The translations under genes and the position numbers were made by a program. Shown here one piece after another: positions 20,827 through 30,130 of a stretch of 64,000 bases of DNA; the first letter of the stretch is position 1, and every line of letters starts with the position of its first letter. Location: contig CBEUCH010000006.1 in NCBI GenBank assembly GCA_965541585.1, positions 96,001 through 160,000 on the forward strand, given 5' to 3'. The notes beneath the pieces are model-generated. The model made no database searches. It was not told where the DNA came from and saw only the letters and a program-made list of their open reading frames with translations. This DNA is from an uncultured bacterium (lineage in GTDB: Bacteria; Zixibacteria; MSB-5A5; UBA10806).

Positions 20827-21168
20827 CTAATCAGTGTGGGGAGGATTTTCTTCTATCCCCTCCAGAAGCTCCCCGGCCTCCTCCTCGTCGTCCTTGGAGA
20901 CCTGGATCTGCATGATCCCGATAGAAAACATCGCTTTCGGCAGTTCACCCTTAACATTGAACCGGATTTTTGCGTCTTGGAGAATCGATTTGGCCAGCGC
21001 CATAGCGGCAGCGTTTACGGTAGACAAGACTGTGACCAGGTTCGATTGTTCAGACTCATGCTCAGGTGGGCTGGCAAGGGGTGGCAACTCCTCCACCAGA
21101 GGAACCTTGCAATCGGCGCACTCGGTGAATCCCTCTCTGTATTCTACTCTGCATTCGGGACAAAACAT
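20827..21168 (-). CDS. zinc-ribbon plus DUF2007 (PII-like) protein
   Basis: MFCPECRVEYREGFTECADC, then AKSILQDAKI and IQVSKDDEEEA. Confidence 0.8.
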   Translation of the reverse strand: MFCPECRVEYREGFTECADCKVPLVEELPPLASPPEHESEQSNLVTVLSTVNAAAMALAKSILQDAKIRFNVKGELPKAMFSIGIMQIQVSKDDEEEAGELLEGIEENPPHTD

Positions 21169-21409
21169 AATTCGCTCCGCCACGTTCAAATCATCGCGGC
21201 TCCATGCCGCATCATGAATAGATGAAGTATAGTAGAGGTGGTAGCGGATCGCAATATCGATTTGAGACTGGTGGTAGCTTTTCCGGTGGATAGGTTTGAG
21301 CCGTGGGCGGTCATTCTGCAGATCCGTATGGACAACAAGTTGTGACACGCGGACTGGGGATGTCGGATCTGACGATCCGAAATCATATATTTAGAGAATA
21401 CTCTCGGCG

Positions 21410-22426
21410 CTACCTGAGGTCAAAATAAACCAGGGGGCGGACCATCAGTGCGTCCCAGTAGGCGTCCCCATCGGAATCGACATCGATAACGATATACTCC
21501 AGTTTGCGGTTGGCACCCCGGGGTGTAATAATTTCCCTTTTGATGAGGCCGTTCTCATCATGATCGAGCGGGTGCCAGTCCATGAGCACTGTGATATCGG
21601 ATACCGTGTAACCCAGAAGTCTTAGCTGGACTGTACCTCTGGTGTAATCGTCCGAGAATTTTGGCAGACCGTATCCGAGGACAATTGAGTCGATCTCGGC
21701 ATTGGCCGGCAGGCCGAGGGGGACCGTAATAGATATATTGCGCCGATCGCCGACAACCTTTTCCGGCCCGTGAATATATATCCAGATCTTGCCGTCATAT
21801 TCCAGTTTCCTGGCGGCAGTCTCCCAGTATTTATGGTATGGCCCCGCGAAATACCCCTCGAATAATCGTCCGCCCCGGAATTTCAGCTTGGTGTCCTTCT
21901 CCTCCTTCAGGGACCAGACCAATCCGTCGGACGATTCAACCTCGTACTTCCTGATGAACTCCGAAGTCCCCAGATGAAGAACCCTGACCCCGGTTATCAG
22001 GGCGGGATCGGTTAAGGGCGGCTTTGGCTTCGGCTTTGGTTTGGGCTTCGGCTTGGGTTTAGGCTTCGGTTTCTTCTTTGGCTTTGGGGGTGGCGGAGGC
22101 GGTGGTGGTTTCGTTTTGAAAACGACCAGATCGACCGATACGGTGGCTCCCGGTTCCACTTCGCCGATTATCTTGACGGTGGAATCGCTGTCGAATTTCG
22201 CCATCAACGAATAATCCCCCGGAGGTATATCCTCGAACATGAAAAATCCAAGAGTGTCGGTCAATGTCGATGTCTGCTGGGGTATTGTGAAAACGGCTGC
22301 GCCGGCCAGCGGCTGGCCCTCGGCGTTACTCACCTGTCCTTTTATGGTAGCCGGTTTCTTGGCACAACCACTCCAGATCAACGCTGATATGGCGGCTAAT
22401 ATAATTAAGAATCTTAAGATCTTCAT
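21410..22426 (-). CDS. lipoprotein with carboxypeptidase-regulatory-like domain, Pro/Lys linker and C-terminal beta domain
   Basis: Lipobox WSG-C; IKGQV..AEGQPLAGA..TDTLGFF..PPGDY. Confidence 0.8.
   Translation of the reverse strand: MKILRFLIILAAISALIWSGCAKKPATIKGQVSNAEGQPLAGAAVFTIPQQTSTLTDTLGFFMFEDIPPGDYSLMAKFDSDSTVKIIGEVEPGATVSVDLVVFKTKPPPPPPPPKPKKKPKPKPKPKPKPKPKPKPPLTDPALITGVRVLHLGTSEFIRKYEVESSDGLVWSLKEEKDTKLKFRGGRLFEGYFAGPYHKYWETAARKLEYDGKIWIYIHGPEKVVGDRRNISITVPLGLPANAEIDSIVLGYGLPKFSDDYTRGTVQLRLLGYTVSDITVLMDWHPLDHDENGLIKREIITPRGANRKLEYIVIDVDSDGDAYWDALMVRPLVYFDLR
22016..22115 (-). repeat. poly-Pro and (Lys-Pro)n coding low-complexity repeat
   Basis: Encodes KPPPPPPPPKPKKKPKPKPKPKPKPKPKPKPP with varied synonymous codons. 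Confidence 0.9.
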
Positions 22427-22987
22427 CTCCCTCCCTCCGATCTTAAGCCAGAAGCAAGATCACCGAATCCTTCGGTCTGTCCTTAAGAGGTCTTTATTCT
22501 CAATATCCTACTATAGCTTAATCGACAGCTATCCTCAAGTTATTTAATGAAAAAGGATGGGGCAGCTTCGTATTTGCCTGAGAAAACCACAGTGGTCAGA
22601 CCTGCCTGACAGCGACCATACATTAGTTCCACGCATGATTAGATCGATTCCTGAAGAAATCGATTGTCTTACAATTCATCGTCTGCGGCAGGAACCGGTG
22701 ATCTTGTACAGGCAACGGAAAATATATATTTCCATTCGGGATAGAATATTATATCTTAGCCGCATGTTTTATTGCCGGAATCCACGCCGGTGTTGTTTTT
22801 TTGCCGGATCCTCCAGCAGCTTAGATCAAAGTTGTTTTATTAATTTATAAATGGGTTATGATTTTTTGGCTCGCAGGACATTCTTCCACCTTGACAGAAC
22901 CGATCGGCCTGCGGCAAGTTCCAGTTGTGAAAAATAAACTCATATCTGAGCAATAAAGGAATGTCCAATTTAAGAAAAGGAGATTCT

Positions 22988-24208
22988 ATGGCAGGAAGAC
23001 TTACGGCATTGCTCTTGCTTTTGGTTTTCGCTTTCGGGGCGGTTAGAGCTCAGGAGGCGATGCCGGACACTACCGGACCTCCGCTTCCGGCTCCACCGAC
23101 AAACGTCCGCGTGTCAGACAAACCTGATGACACCGGCCACGGTGTGATAGTCGGATGGGATCTTTCCGCTGACGACGGCGCCGGAGCTGATAATGTGACA
23201 GCCTACGAGGTCTATCGCGCCGATGCTCCTGATGGTGAATATATGCTGATGGGGGTCGGTATTAAGGGCAGCGGGGAGTATGAAGATGACGACGATGCGG
23301 AGTTCAAAAACGGCGATCCCAATCCGGGATACATTGCGACGGGGAAAACGTACTACTACAAGATACGAGCCATGGCGACGGGAGGTTTCTTTTCAGAATT
23401 CTCCGAGCCCGCATCAGGGCATGCCGAAGAGAACTGGTTCCATACAGGGAAGGTCCCGATCCTCGTTGGCGTAATTATCTTCTGGGGAGTAGTCGTTTAT
23501 TTCATCTTCAAAGCACGGGGTGGTAAGGAGTTTTATGTTCGTCCCCTCGCCGGGATAAACGCCGTGGATGACGCTATAGGGCGCGCTACCGAGATGGGTC
23601 GCCCGATAATGTTTGTTCTCGGCACCGGTACTGCCGGCGATCTGGCGACCATTGCCGGCTTTACGATCCTCTCCAGAGTGGCAAAGATGACCGCTGAATA
23701 CCAGACACAGGTCTTAGTACCTGTCAATGATCCGGTCATGATGGCTGTCGCACAGGAGACGGTACGCACCGCCTACCTCGAGGCTGGCCGTCCCGATACC
23801 TATAACGCAGATAATATCACCTACGAAACCGCCATGCAATTCCCGTATGTGGCGGCGGTCTGCGGCATCATGCTGAGAGAGAGGCCGGCAACCAATTTCT
23901 ACATGGGGGTTTTTCATGCCGAGTCCCTGATCTTAGCCGAGACCGGAAATATCGCCGGATCGATACAGATATCTGGTACCGATCAGATCTCCCAGCTACC
24001 GTTCTTGATCGCCGCCACCGATTACACGTTGATAGGCGAGGAGCTTTACGCCGCCAGTGCCTATCTATCAAAGGAACCGATCCTGGTCGGAACTCTGAAA
24101 GCGCAGGACTGGGCCAAGGCGGCATTGATGGCGATCTTGTTTCTGGGGGCGCTTCTGATTACCTTCGCAATTCCTTTTATAAAAGACATGGTAACCGTTA
24201 ACCTTTAG
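22988..24208 (+). CDS. fibronectin type III plus DUF6754-like membrane protein
   Basis: Signal peptide; FN3 pattern PPTNVRV..VGW..YEVYR..YYYKIRA; TM; GRATEMGRP; LIGEELYAASAYLS; C-terminal TM; AAGGAG RBS. Confidence 0.8.
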   Translation: MAGRLTALLLLLVFAFGAVRAQEAMPDTTGPPLPAPPTNVRVSDKPDDTGHGVIVGWDLSADDGAGADNVTAYEVYRADAPDGEYMLMGVGIKGSGEYEDDDDAEFKNGDPNPGYIATGKTYYYKIRAMATGGFFSEFSEPASGHAEENWFHTGKVPILVGVIIFWGVVVYFIFKARGGKEFYVRPLAGINAVDDAIGRATEMGRPIMFVLGTGTAGDLATIAGFTILSRVAKMTAEYQTQVLVPVNDPVMMAVAQETVRTAYLEAGRPDTYNADNITYETAMQFPYVAAVCGIMLRERPATNFYMGVFHAESLILAETGNIAGSIQISGTDQISQLPFLIAATDYTLIGEELYAASAYLSKEPILVGTLKAQDWAKAALMAILFLGALLITFAIPFIKDMVTVNL

Positions 24209-24223
24209 GTGTAAAGATAGAAG

Positions 24224-24841
24224 ATGAAAAAACAGATTCCAATATATTTTGTCCTGGTCTCCGGTATCGTGATGATAATCCAGTTCTTCGTACCATCTGA
24301 GGAATCGCAATGGCTTTTCACCTACGCCAACGATTGGGTTATCGTCGTGGGGATCCTGGCTCTGCCTCTGGGTATCTACGGTCTGCTCAGGTCAGAATTC
24401 AAGAAGCTGAAAAATCCCAAGGAAGCTTTTTACGCGGGCGTTCTTCTTTTCGGCTATTTCATCATGGTGGCTACGGGTTGGAAAAGAGAATGGCTTGAAT
24501 ACGGCAGTCTCCATATGGATCTTTTCACCAACATCCTGATACCGATTCAGGCGACGATTTTTTCGCTTTTGGCATTCTACATAGCCAGTGCGGCTTACAG
24601 GGCGTTCCGGGCCCGAACCATGCTGGCGACCATCCTCCTGGTGACTGCATTTATCGTCATGCTGCGGCTGATACCACTTGGTCCATTCTCAGACATCAAC
24701 CAGATCGGGGTTAGCTGGATATTATCGGTACCGAATATGGCGGCCAAGCGCGCAATCGCCATAGGTGTGGGGTTGGGCGCTATCGCCACCTGCATAAAAA
24801 TCATCCTGGGTATCGAACGAACCTACATGGGACACGATTAA
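24224..24841 (+). CDS. uncharacterised polytopic membrane protein
   Basis: About 6 TMs; SLLAFYIASAAYRAFRAR; IILGIER; operonic spacing. Confidence 0.85.
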   Translation: MKKQIPIYFVLVSGIVMIIQFFVPSEESQWLFTYANDWVIVVGILALPLGIYGLLRSEFKKLKNPKEAFYAGVLLFGYFIMVATGWKREWLEYGSLHMDLFTNILIPIQATIFSLLAFYIASAAYRAFRARTMLATILLVTAFIVMLRLIPLGPFSDINQIGVSWILSVPNMAAKRAIAIGVGLGAIATCIKIILGIERTYMGHD

Positions 24842-24853
24842 AGGAGGCCGCCA

Positions 24854-25678
24854 ATGACATTCTGGGATAAACTGATGAACATAGACCGACGATGGATTTA
24901 CCTCTGTATCGCCATCGTTGTTATAATTCCGGCAATTGTTTCCTTCAAAGTGCCCGTCTCCACCACGCCTGAAGTAAAAATGGTGTTTGATTTTATCGAC
25001 GAGATGCAACCGGGAGAGTATTTTTATCTGGGTATTGATTATGATCCGTCGGCCCTGGCGGAACTCGATCCCATGACCTACGCTATTCTGAACCAGGCCT
25101 TTTCCAAAGATCTGAAAGTCATAATCGGATGTCTTTCGCAGTTTGGCGTCGGTATGGCCGAAGCGCGGCTGGCCGAGATGAGCGCGAAATACGATAAACA
25201 TTCGGGGATCGATTACTGTTTTCTGGGTTACCGTCCATATCCGGCCATCGTGATACTGACCATGGGTGTGGATTTCAGAGTGACTTTTCCTCTGGATTAC
25301 TACGGCGTGCCACTTGATTCGCTGCCGGTTATGCAGGGGATAAGAAACCTTATGGACGTTAAGGGCGTGGTCGATATTACCGCCGGCAACGTGGCCGATT
25401 TCTGGATTATCTACGGCAATGGACGATTCGGATTCCCGCTGGCGATCGGCATGACGGGAGTTATGAGCGCCGATTATTACCAGTACCTGCAATCGGGCCA
25501 GATTTTCGGATTGATCCCGGGTATTAAGGGAGCCGCCGAATACGAGACTCTTTCCGGCTTCGAGACTACCGGATTGACCTCCATGCCATACCAGACACTG
25601 ACCCATGCGGTCATTCTCCTTTTCATAATCATCTCAAACATTGGTTACTTCGCCACTCGTGGCAAGAAGGGTAAATAG
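24854..25678 (+). CDS. uncharacterised membrane-anchored alpha/beta protein
   Basis: N- and C-terminal TMs; DYCFLGYRP; GIKGAAEYE; AGGAGG RBS. Confidence 0.85.
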   Translation: MTFWDKLMNIDRRWIYLCIAIVVIIPAIVSFKVPVSTTPEVKMVFDFIDEMQPGEYFYLGIDYDPSALAELDPMTYAILNQAFSKDLKVIIGCLSQFGVGMAEARLAEMSAKYDKHSGIDYCFLGYRPYPAIVILTMGVDFRVTFPLDYYGVPLDSLPVMQGIRNLMDVKGVVDITAGNVADFWIIYGNGRFGFPLAIGMTGVMSADYYQYLQSGQIFGLIPGIKGAAEYETLSGFETTGLTSMPYQTLTHAVILLFIIISNIGYFATRGKKGK

Positions 25679-25687
25679 GAGGACGCT

Positions 25688-26299
25688 ATGACGACAGTAG
25701 AGCTTTTATGGAACACTCTGGCGGCGCTATTGACCCTTTTCGTCTTCTCCTTTCTTTATAAGGATAATCCTTTCTACAAGTTCGCCGAGAGATTGGTCGC
25801 AGGAGTCGCCGCGGGATACTGGACGATGTTGCTTTATCATACGAATTTCACAGACAAAGTGGTTCTAACCATGCAGAACGGGCAATGGGCATATATAATT
25901 CCTATACTCCTCGGGGTCGGGATGTGGACCAGGTTTTCCAAGAAATGGTCCTGGATTTCGAGATATTCCATCGCCTTCTACATAGGGATATCGACCGGTG
26001 TTTCAGTAACTGTTTATATGAACACCTGGATTCTGAAGCAGATCGAGGCCACCATGATACCGCTCAATAGCATCACCAACATATTGGTGGTTGTTTTGGT
26101 GCTGTGCTCTTTATTCTACTTTTTCTTCTCTAAGGCTCATACCGGCACCTTCGGCCTCATATCCAAAATTGGCATCTATACGCTGATGATCGGATTCGGC
26201 GCCGGGTTTGGGCTAACGGTGATGGGACGTATTGCGCTGCTTGCACAGAGAGTAATATTCCTACAAGAGTACTTATCAGCGCTATTCGGAGCAGGTTAG
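25688..26299 (+). CDS. uncharacterised polytopic membrane protein
   Basis: About 6 TMs; SFLYKDNPFYKFAE; MIGFGAGFGLTVMGR; AGGAGG RBS. Confidence 0.85.
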   Translation: MTTVELLWNTLAALLTLFVFSFLYKDNPFYKFAERLVAGVAAGYWTMLLYHTNFTDKVVLTMQNGQWAYIIPILLGVGMWTRFSKKWSWISRYSIAFYIGISTGVSVTVYMNTWILKQIEATMIPLNSITNILVVVLVLCSLFYFFFSKAHTGTFGLISKIGIYTLMIGFGAGFGLTVMGRIALLAQRVIFLQEYLSALFGAG

Positions 26300-26331
26300 A
26301 ATGCTATAGAAAATCGATTTTCGGTTCTGTC

Positions 26332-26365
26332 GGGCATCTTGGATTCGTTCCGGGATGCCTTTTTC
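26332..26365 (+). terminator. intrinsic terminator of the four-gene membrane operon
   Basis: GGGCATCTTGGA-loop-TCCGGGATGCCT hairpin followed by a T-tract. Confidence 0.8.
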
Positions 26366-26522
26366 TTAAGAATCCCATCGATGGCGATCGGGGCAGGTTT
26401 CGGGAAGTTCATCCAACCGCTAATCCTGGCGGATCGAAATGTTAACCATATGGGAAACAGTCCATTAAAATAAAAAATATTATTTGGAACAAGAGTGCCG
26501 AATATTTATATATATGTCTGGG

Positions 26523-29300
26523 ATGTTCTCAAATCGGTACTTCAGATCGTATCTGCTAGCCCTGCTTGCTTTAATTTTTTCATCGGGTTGCGTCTATTAC
26601 AACACCTTCTTCGTGGCCAGGAAGAAATTCAAAGAGGCTGAAAAGAACCAGGCGCAAAATGCGGAGAACAGAAGGAATCAGCAAATCCCGCCGAGTCAGC
26701 CCCGTGGGGCAGGTAGAAAACAAGGGAAAGACAATGTTGGAGGGCGCGGCGGCAGTTCCCCGGGCTTATTCACAACCAAGGTCTCCCCGCAGGTGAGAAT
26801 CCTATACGAGGACGCTATCAAGAAGGCCAGCAAGGTCCTGAGATTCCACCCGGATTCGAAATGGGTCGATGATGCGCTCTGGCTGATCGGCAAATCTTAT
26901 TACAACATGGGCGATTATCGTCAGGCCGATAGAAAATTCAAAGAGCTGGTAACCAACCACCCGGAATCGAAATTTGCAGAAGATTCCTTTTACCATAAAG
27001 GCCTGTGTCAGATCGAGCTGGGGCACAACGACCTGGCTATGGAGGCGTTCGGTAGAATCGAGGAAGATTCCGAGGAGAGCAAGTATATCGATGATATTTA
27101 CTTTGTCAGGGGAAGAATAGCAAAAGATGGCGAGAGATATATCGAGGCTGTCGATCTTTTCAACCTCTATCTTGAAAAATATGCCGGGGAGGATTCCGCC
27201 GCCAGGGCTAAGTATTATATTGGCGAGTGTACGGAACAGCTTGGTAGTTATTACGAAGCCTATTCCGCCTACTCCGAGGTTAGCAAGTACAAGCCTTCCA
27301 GGGAGTTAAGGTTCGATGCAGCCCTTGCTTCGGCCTCCGCCATTTTGAAGACGGATTCGGTTTCCAGAGGCATGGAGATTCTAAAGAACCTGGCGAAGGA
27401 TGAAAGATATTTTGAACAGTCGGCCCGGATTTGCCTAAAAATCGCCGAGGGTCACTATCTTCAGGGCCGGATAGAGGAAGCTATTGTTGAATATAACCAG
27501 ATTACCGAGAAAAGCCCCAAAACTCTTGAGGCTGCTGAAGCTTATTATCGTCTGGGCTTGATTTACCAGAATGATCTGTTCGACTTAGAAAAAGCCAAAG
27601 ACTCATTTTCCAAAGCTCAAACCGAAAACCCGTCCTCGGAATTCCGCAACCTGGCGCTGGCCAGATCGGCCCAGATCGCCAAGCTCGAATCCTACCAAGC
27701 TCAGCTTCAAAAGGCGGATTCCATCAGGGTAGCAGAGCAGTTGGGGGACCGGCATCTTGAGGACGCCCACGATACTTCAAGCGGCACTCAAATATCAGGG
27801 GAGGACATTACAGGAATCGAGGAATCGAGGGATAGCTCTTTCGTAGGACCGGAGTTGTCCGAGGTGGATCCGGCCACAGAAAAATCAGTTGAGATCTTTA
27901 CCGTCCCGGTTGAAACCATTGGCGAGATTGTGGATGTCATTGATAGCGCAGATACAGTTCCGGCTCTGCCGGAGGATTCTGCTTCGGTCGATATAGGTGA
28001 GTTTTATACAGTGCCGCTCGATACCACCGGTGGGATGCTGACTACTCCTGATAGCGCCGATACTGCTCCGGCTCTGCCAGAGGATTCCGCTTCGGTCGAT
28101 ATAGGCGAGTTTTATACAGTGCCGCTCGATACCACCGGTGGGATGCTGACTACTCCTGATAGCGCCGATACTGCCATGACGGCTATTGGGCCGGATAGTC
28201 TGGGTCTCGAAGGTCCTGGTTTTTCCGAAGCAGAAGCCCGGAGGAGATCCCTGGAAGATTCTGTGAAGGCTGCAGAGGCAGCCAGGCAGGAAAAATATAA
28301 AAGGGATAAAATTGCACAGGATAGAATAAAGCAAGAGATAGTAAAGACTGGTATCGAGACAAGATTTCTCCTGGCCGAACTTTATGCATATGAATTGAAC
28401 CGTCCCGACTCGGCGCTTCGCGAATATCTTCTCATCGCGGATCAGCATCCCGGCTCTGAATACGCCCCCAGAGGTCTACTGGCCTGCGCAACCCTTGAGA
28501 TCGAACAAGGCGATTCAACCGCCGGCGGAGAATATCTTCAGCGTCTAATTGAGGATTATCCGCGATCACCCCAGGCGGTAGCGGGGGCCGGTTTGCTGGG
28601 CTACCAACTGGATCTTTCCCAGAACGCTATGGGGCTTTACTCTAAGGCTGAAAGTCTGGCTTTTGACGGCAGCGATCTCGATTCCGCAGTTACACTGTTT
28701 CGTTATATCTCGGAAAATTTTCCGGATCTCGCACCGAAAGCCTCTTATGCGGTAGCGTGGACGTACGATCGGTATCAGGAGGATGAAGACAGCTCGGCCT
28801 ACTATGCTTACGAATCTGTAAGCAGACAATACCCCCAATCGGTTTATGCGGCCGCTGCCAAGGATAGGATGGGGTTGATGGCAAAACCTGGCAGAAGAAG
28901 AGGTACGCCTCCACAAGAGAAACGGGAGGAGGCAGAGGTCGTCAAAGCCGATCCTGATTCTCTGCGAATGATCGCCCAGGGCCTGCCCCCGGCTCCGGCG
29001 GTTAAAGATCTGGCCGAGTTCGTTTATCCCCAGAGCCTGCTAAACAGGCGTTTAAAGGGAGAGGTGCTGTTTAAAATAAAGATAAATCTCTTCGGAAAGG
29101 TCGAGGAATACGAGATAATCGGCCCCTCCGGTGAGTACGCAATCGATTCAGCGGCCACGGCGTCGCTTCTGGATACCGAATTCGACACCTCCGATCTCGA
29201 TCTCTCCAAGCTTGATAAGTATTATAAATACAGCATCGGATTTGAACGACCCGACATCAATATATTTAATGATCCCTATATTGAAGAACGCAGGCAGTGA
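26523..29300 (+). CDS. TPR lipoprotein (SprE/PorW- or BamD-like N-terminus) with acidic repeat linker and C-terminal TonB_C-like domain
   Basis: Lipobox SSG-C; CVYYNTF; HPDSKWVDDALWLIGKSYY; many TPRs; YPQSL..LKGEV.FKIKINLFGKV..SG..IDSAA. Confidence 0.8.
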   Translation: MFSNRYFRSYLLALLALIFSSGCVYYNTFFVARKKFKEAEKNQAQNAENRRNQQIPPSQPRGAGRKQGKDNVGGRGGSSPGLFTTKVSPQVRILYEDAIKKASKVLRFHPDSKWVDDALWLIGKSYYNMGDYRQADRKFKELVTNHPESKFAEDSFYHKGLCQIELGHNDLAMEAFGRIEEDSEESKYIDDIYFVRGRIAKDGERYIEAVDLFNLYLEKYAGEDSAARAKYYIGECTEQLGSYYEAYSAYSEVSKYKPSRELRFDAALASASAILKTDSVSRGMEILKNLAKDERYFEQSARICLKIAEGHYLQGRIEEAIVEYNQITEKSPKTLEAAEAYYRLGLIYQNDLFDLEKAKDSFSKAQTENPSSEFRNLALARSAQIAKLESYQAQLQKADSIRVAEQLGDRHLEDAHDTSSGTQISGEDITGIEESRDSSFVGPELSEVDPATEKSVEIFTVPVETIGEIVDVIDSADTVPALPEDSASVDIGEFYTVPLDTTGGMLTTPDSADTAPALPEDSASVDIGEFYTVPLDTTGGMLTTPDSADTAMTAIGPDSLGLEGPGFSEAEARRRSLEDSVKAAEAARQEKYKRDKIAQDRIKQEIVKTGIETRFLLAELYAYELNRPDSALREYLLIADQHPGSEYAPRGLLACATLEIEQGDSTAGGEYLQRLIEDYPRSPQAVAGAGLLGYQLDLSQNAMGLYSKAESLAFDGSDLDSAVTLFRYISENFPDLAPKASYAVAWTYDRYQEDEDSSAYYAYESVSRQYPQSVYAAAAKDRMGLMAKPGRRRGTPPQEKREEAEVVKADPDSLRMIAQGLPPAPAVKDLAEFVYPQSLLNRRLKGEVLFKIKINLFGKVEEYEIIGPSGEYAIDSAATASLLDTEFDTSDLDLSKLDKYYKYSIGFERPDINIFNDPYIEERRQ
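27960..28175 (+). repeat. near-perfect 108-bp tandem duplication (2 x 36 aa)
   Basis: PALPEDSASVDIGEFYTVPLDTTGGMLTTPDSADTA twice (27960-28067, 28068-28175) with only synonymous differences; a degenerate third copy precedes it. Confidence 0.95.
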
Positions 29301-30130
29301 CCTTGAAGAAATTTTCAGATTACTATCCGCTCTCGAAAAAAGAGAAGATCTCACCATCGATACTTAAATTCACATTTGAGGCCGGCGATATTGCAAAATC
29401 CACAAATCCCGGGCAGTTTATACAGGTCAGGACATCCGGAGATTATTTTCCGCTCTGGCCGCGGCCGTTCTCTATCTACGATGCCGATCCTGCGAGCGGA
29501 GAACTCTCGATTATTTTCAAGGTATTCGGATGTGGGACATCGCAACTGGCGGAAATGTGCGAAGGTCAGGAGGCACTCATATTGGGGCCGTTAGGAAACG
29601 GCTTTCATCCATTGGAGCACGAGCCGGGAGTCATTATGGCGGCGGGCGGAATAGGCCTGCCGCCATTATCTTTATTGGCCAGGAGATCTGTCCAGAGCGG
29701 CTACCCTGCAGAGCGGATTACATTCATATCGGGGGCCAGAACCAGGGACGATCTTTTCAATGATGCGGAATCAGGCGAACTCGGTATTGATCTTCACAAC
29801 TGCACTGATGACGGTAGTTTCGGCGACAGGGGCACCGTGGTGGATTTACTCGAAAAGGAGCTTGAAAAGGCTCGGGATCGAATCGTATATGCCTGCGGCC
29901 CCGTGGCCATGCTGGAGAAGATCGACAGGATGCTCGTAGATAAAGGCATGGCGGGCTATCTGTCGCTGGAGGCATTGATGCCGTGCGGTTATGGAATCTG
30001 TAGCGGCTGCGCGGTAAAGGTAACTCCTGCGGAAGACAGGGGTCCGACGGATGATAATCGAGAATTTCACCTGCAGCGGGTCTGTGTCGAGGGTCCTGTT
30101 TTTAAGGCCGGGGAGGTGATCTGGCAATAG
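29297..30130 (+). CDS. pyrK: dihydroorotate dehydrogenase electron transfer subunit
   Basis: PGQF, RPFS, GPLGNGF, ACGP, CGYGICSGC..C.EGPVF. Confidence 0.95.
   Translation: MTLKKFSDYYPLSKKEKISPSILKFTFEAGDIAKSTNPGQFIQVRTSGDYFPLWPRPFSIYDADPASGELSIIFKVFGCGTSQLAEMCEGQEALILGPLGNGFHPLEHEPGVIMAAGGIGLPPLSLLARRSVQSGYPAERITFISGARTRDDLFNDAESGELGIDLHNCTDDGSFGDRGTVVDLLEKELEKARDRIVYACGPVAMLEKIDRMLVDKGMAGYLSLEALMPCGYGICSGCAVKVTPAEDRGPTDDNREFHLQRVCVEGPVFKAGEVIWQ

Noticed and set aside
22557..22850. 97-aa ORF or ncRNA in the long divergent intergenic region
   Set aside because: Composition is not protein-like and I recognised no RNA motif; most likely regulatory DNA
24722..25606. 294-aa antisense ORF
   Set aside because: Shadow of two well-formed plus-strand genes; no motifs or RBS
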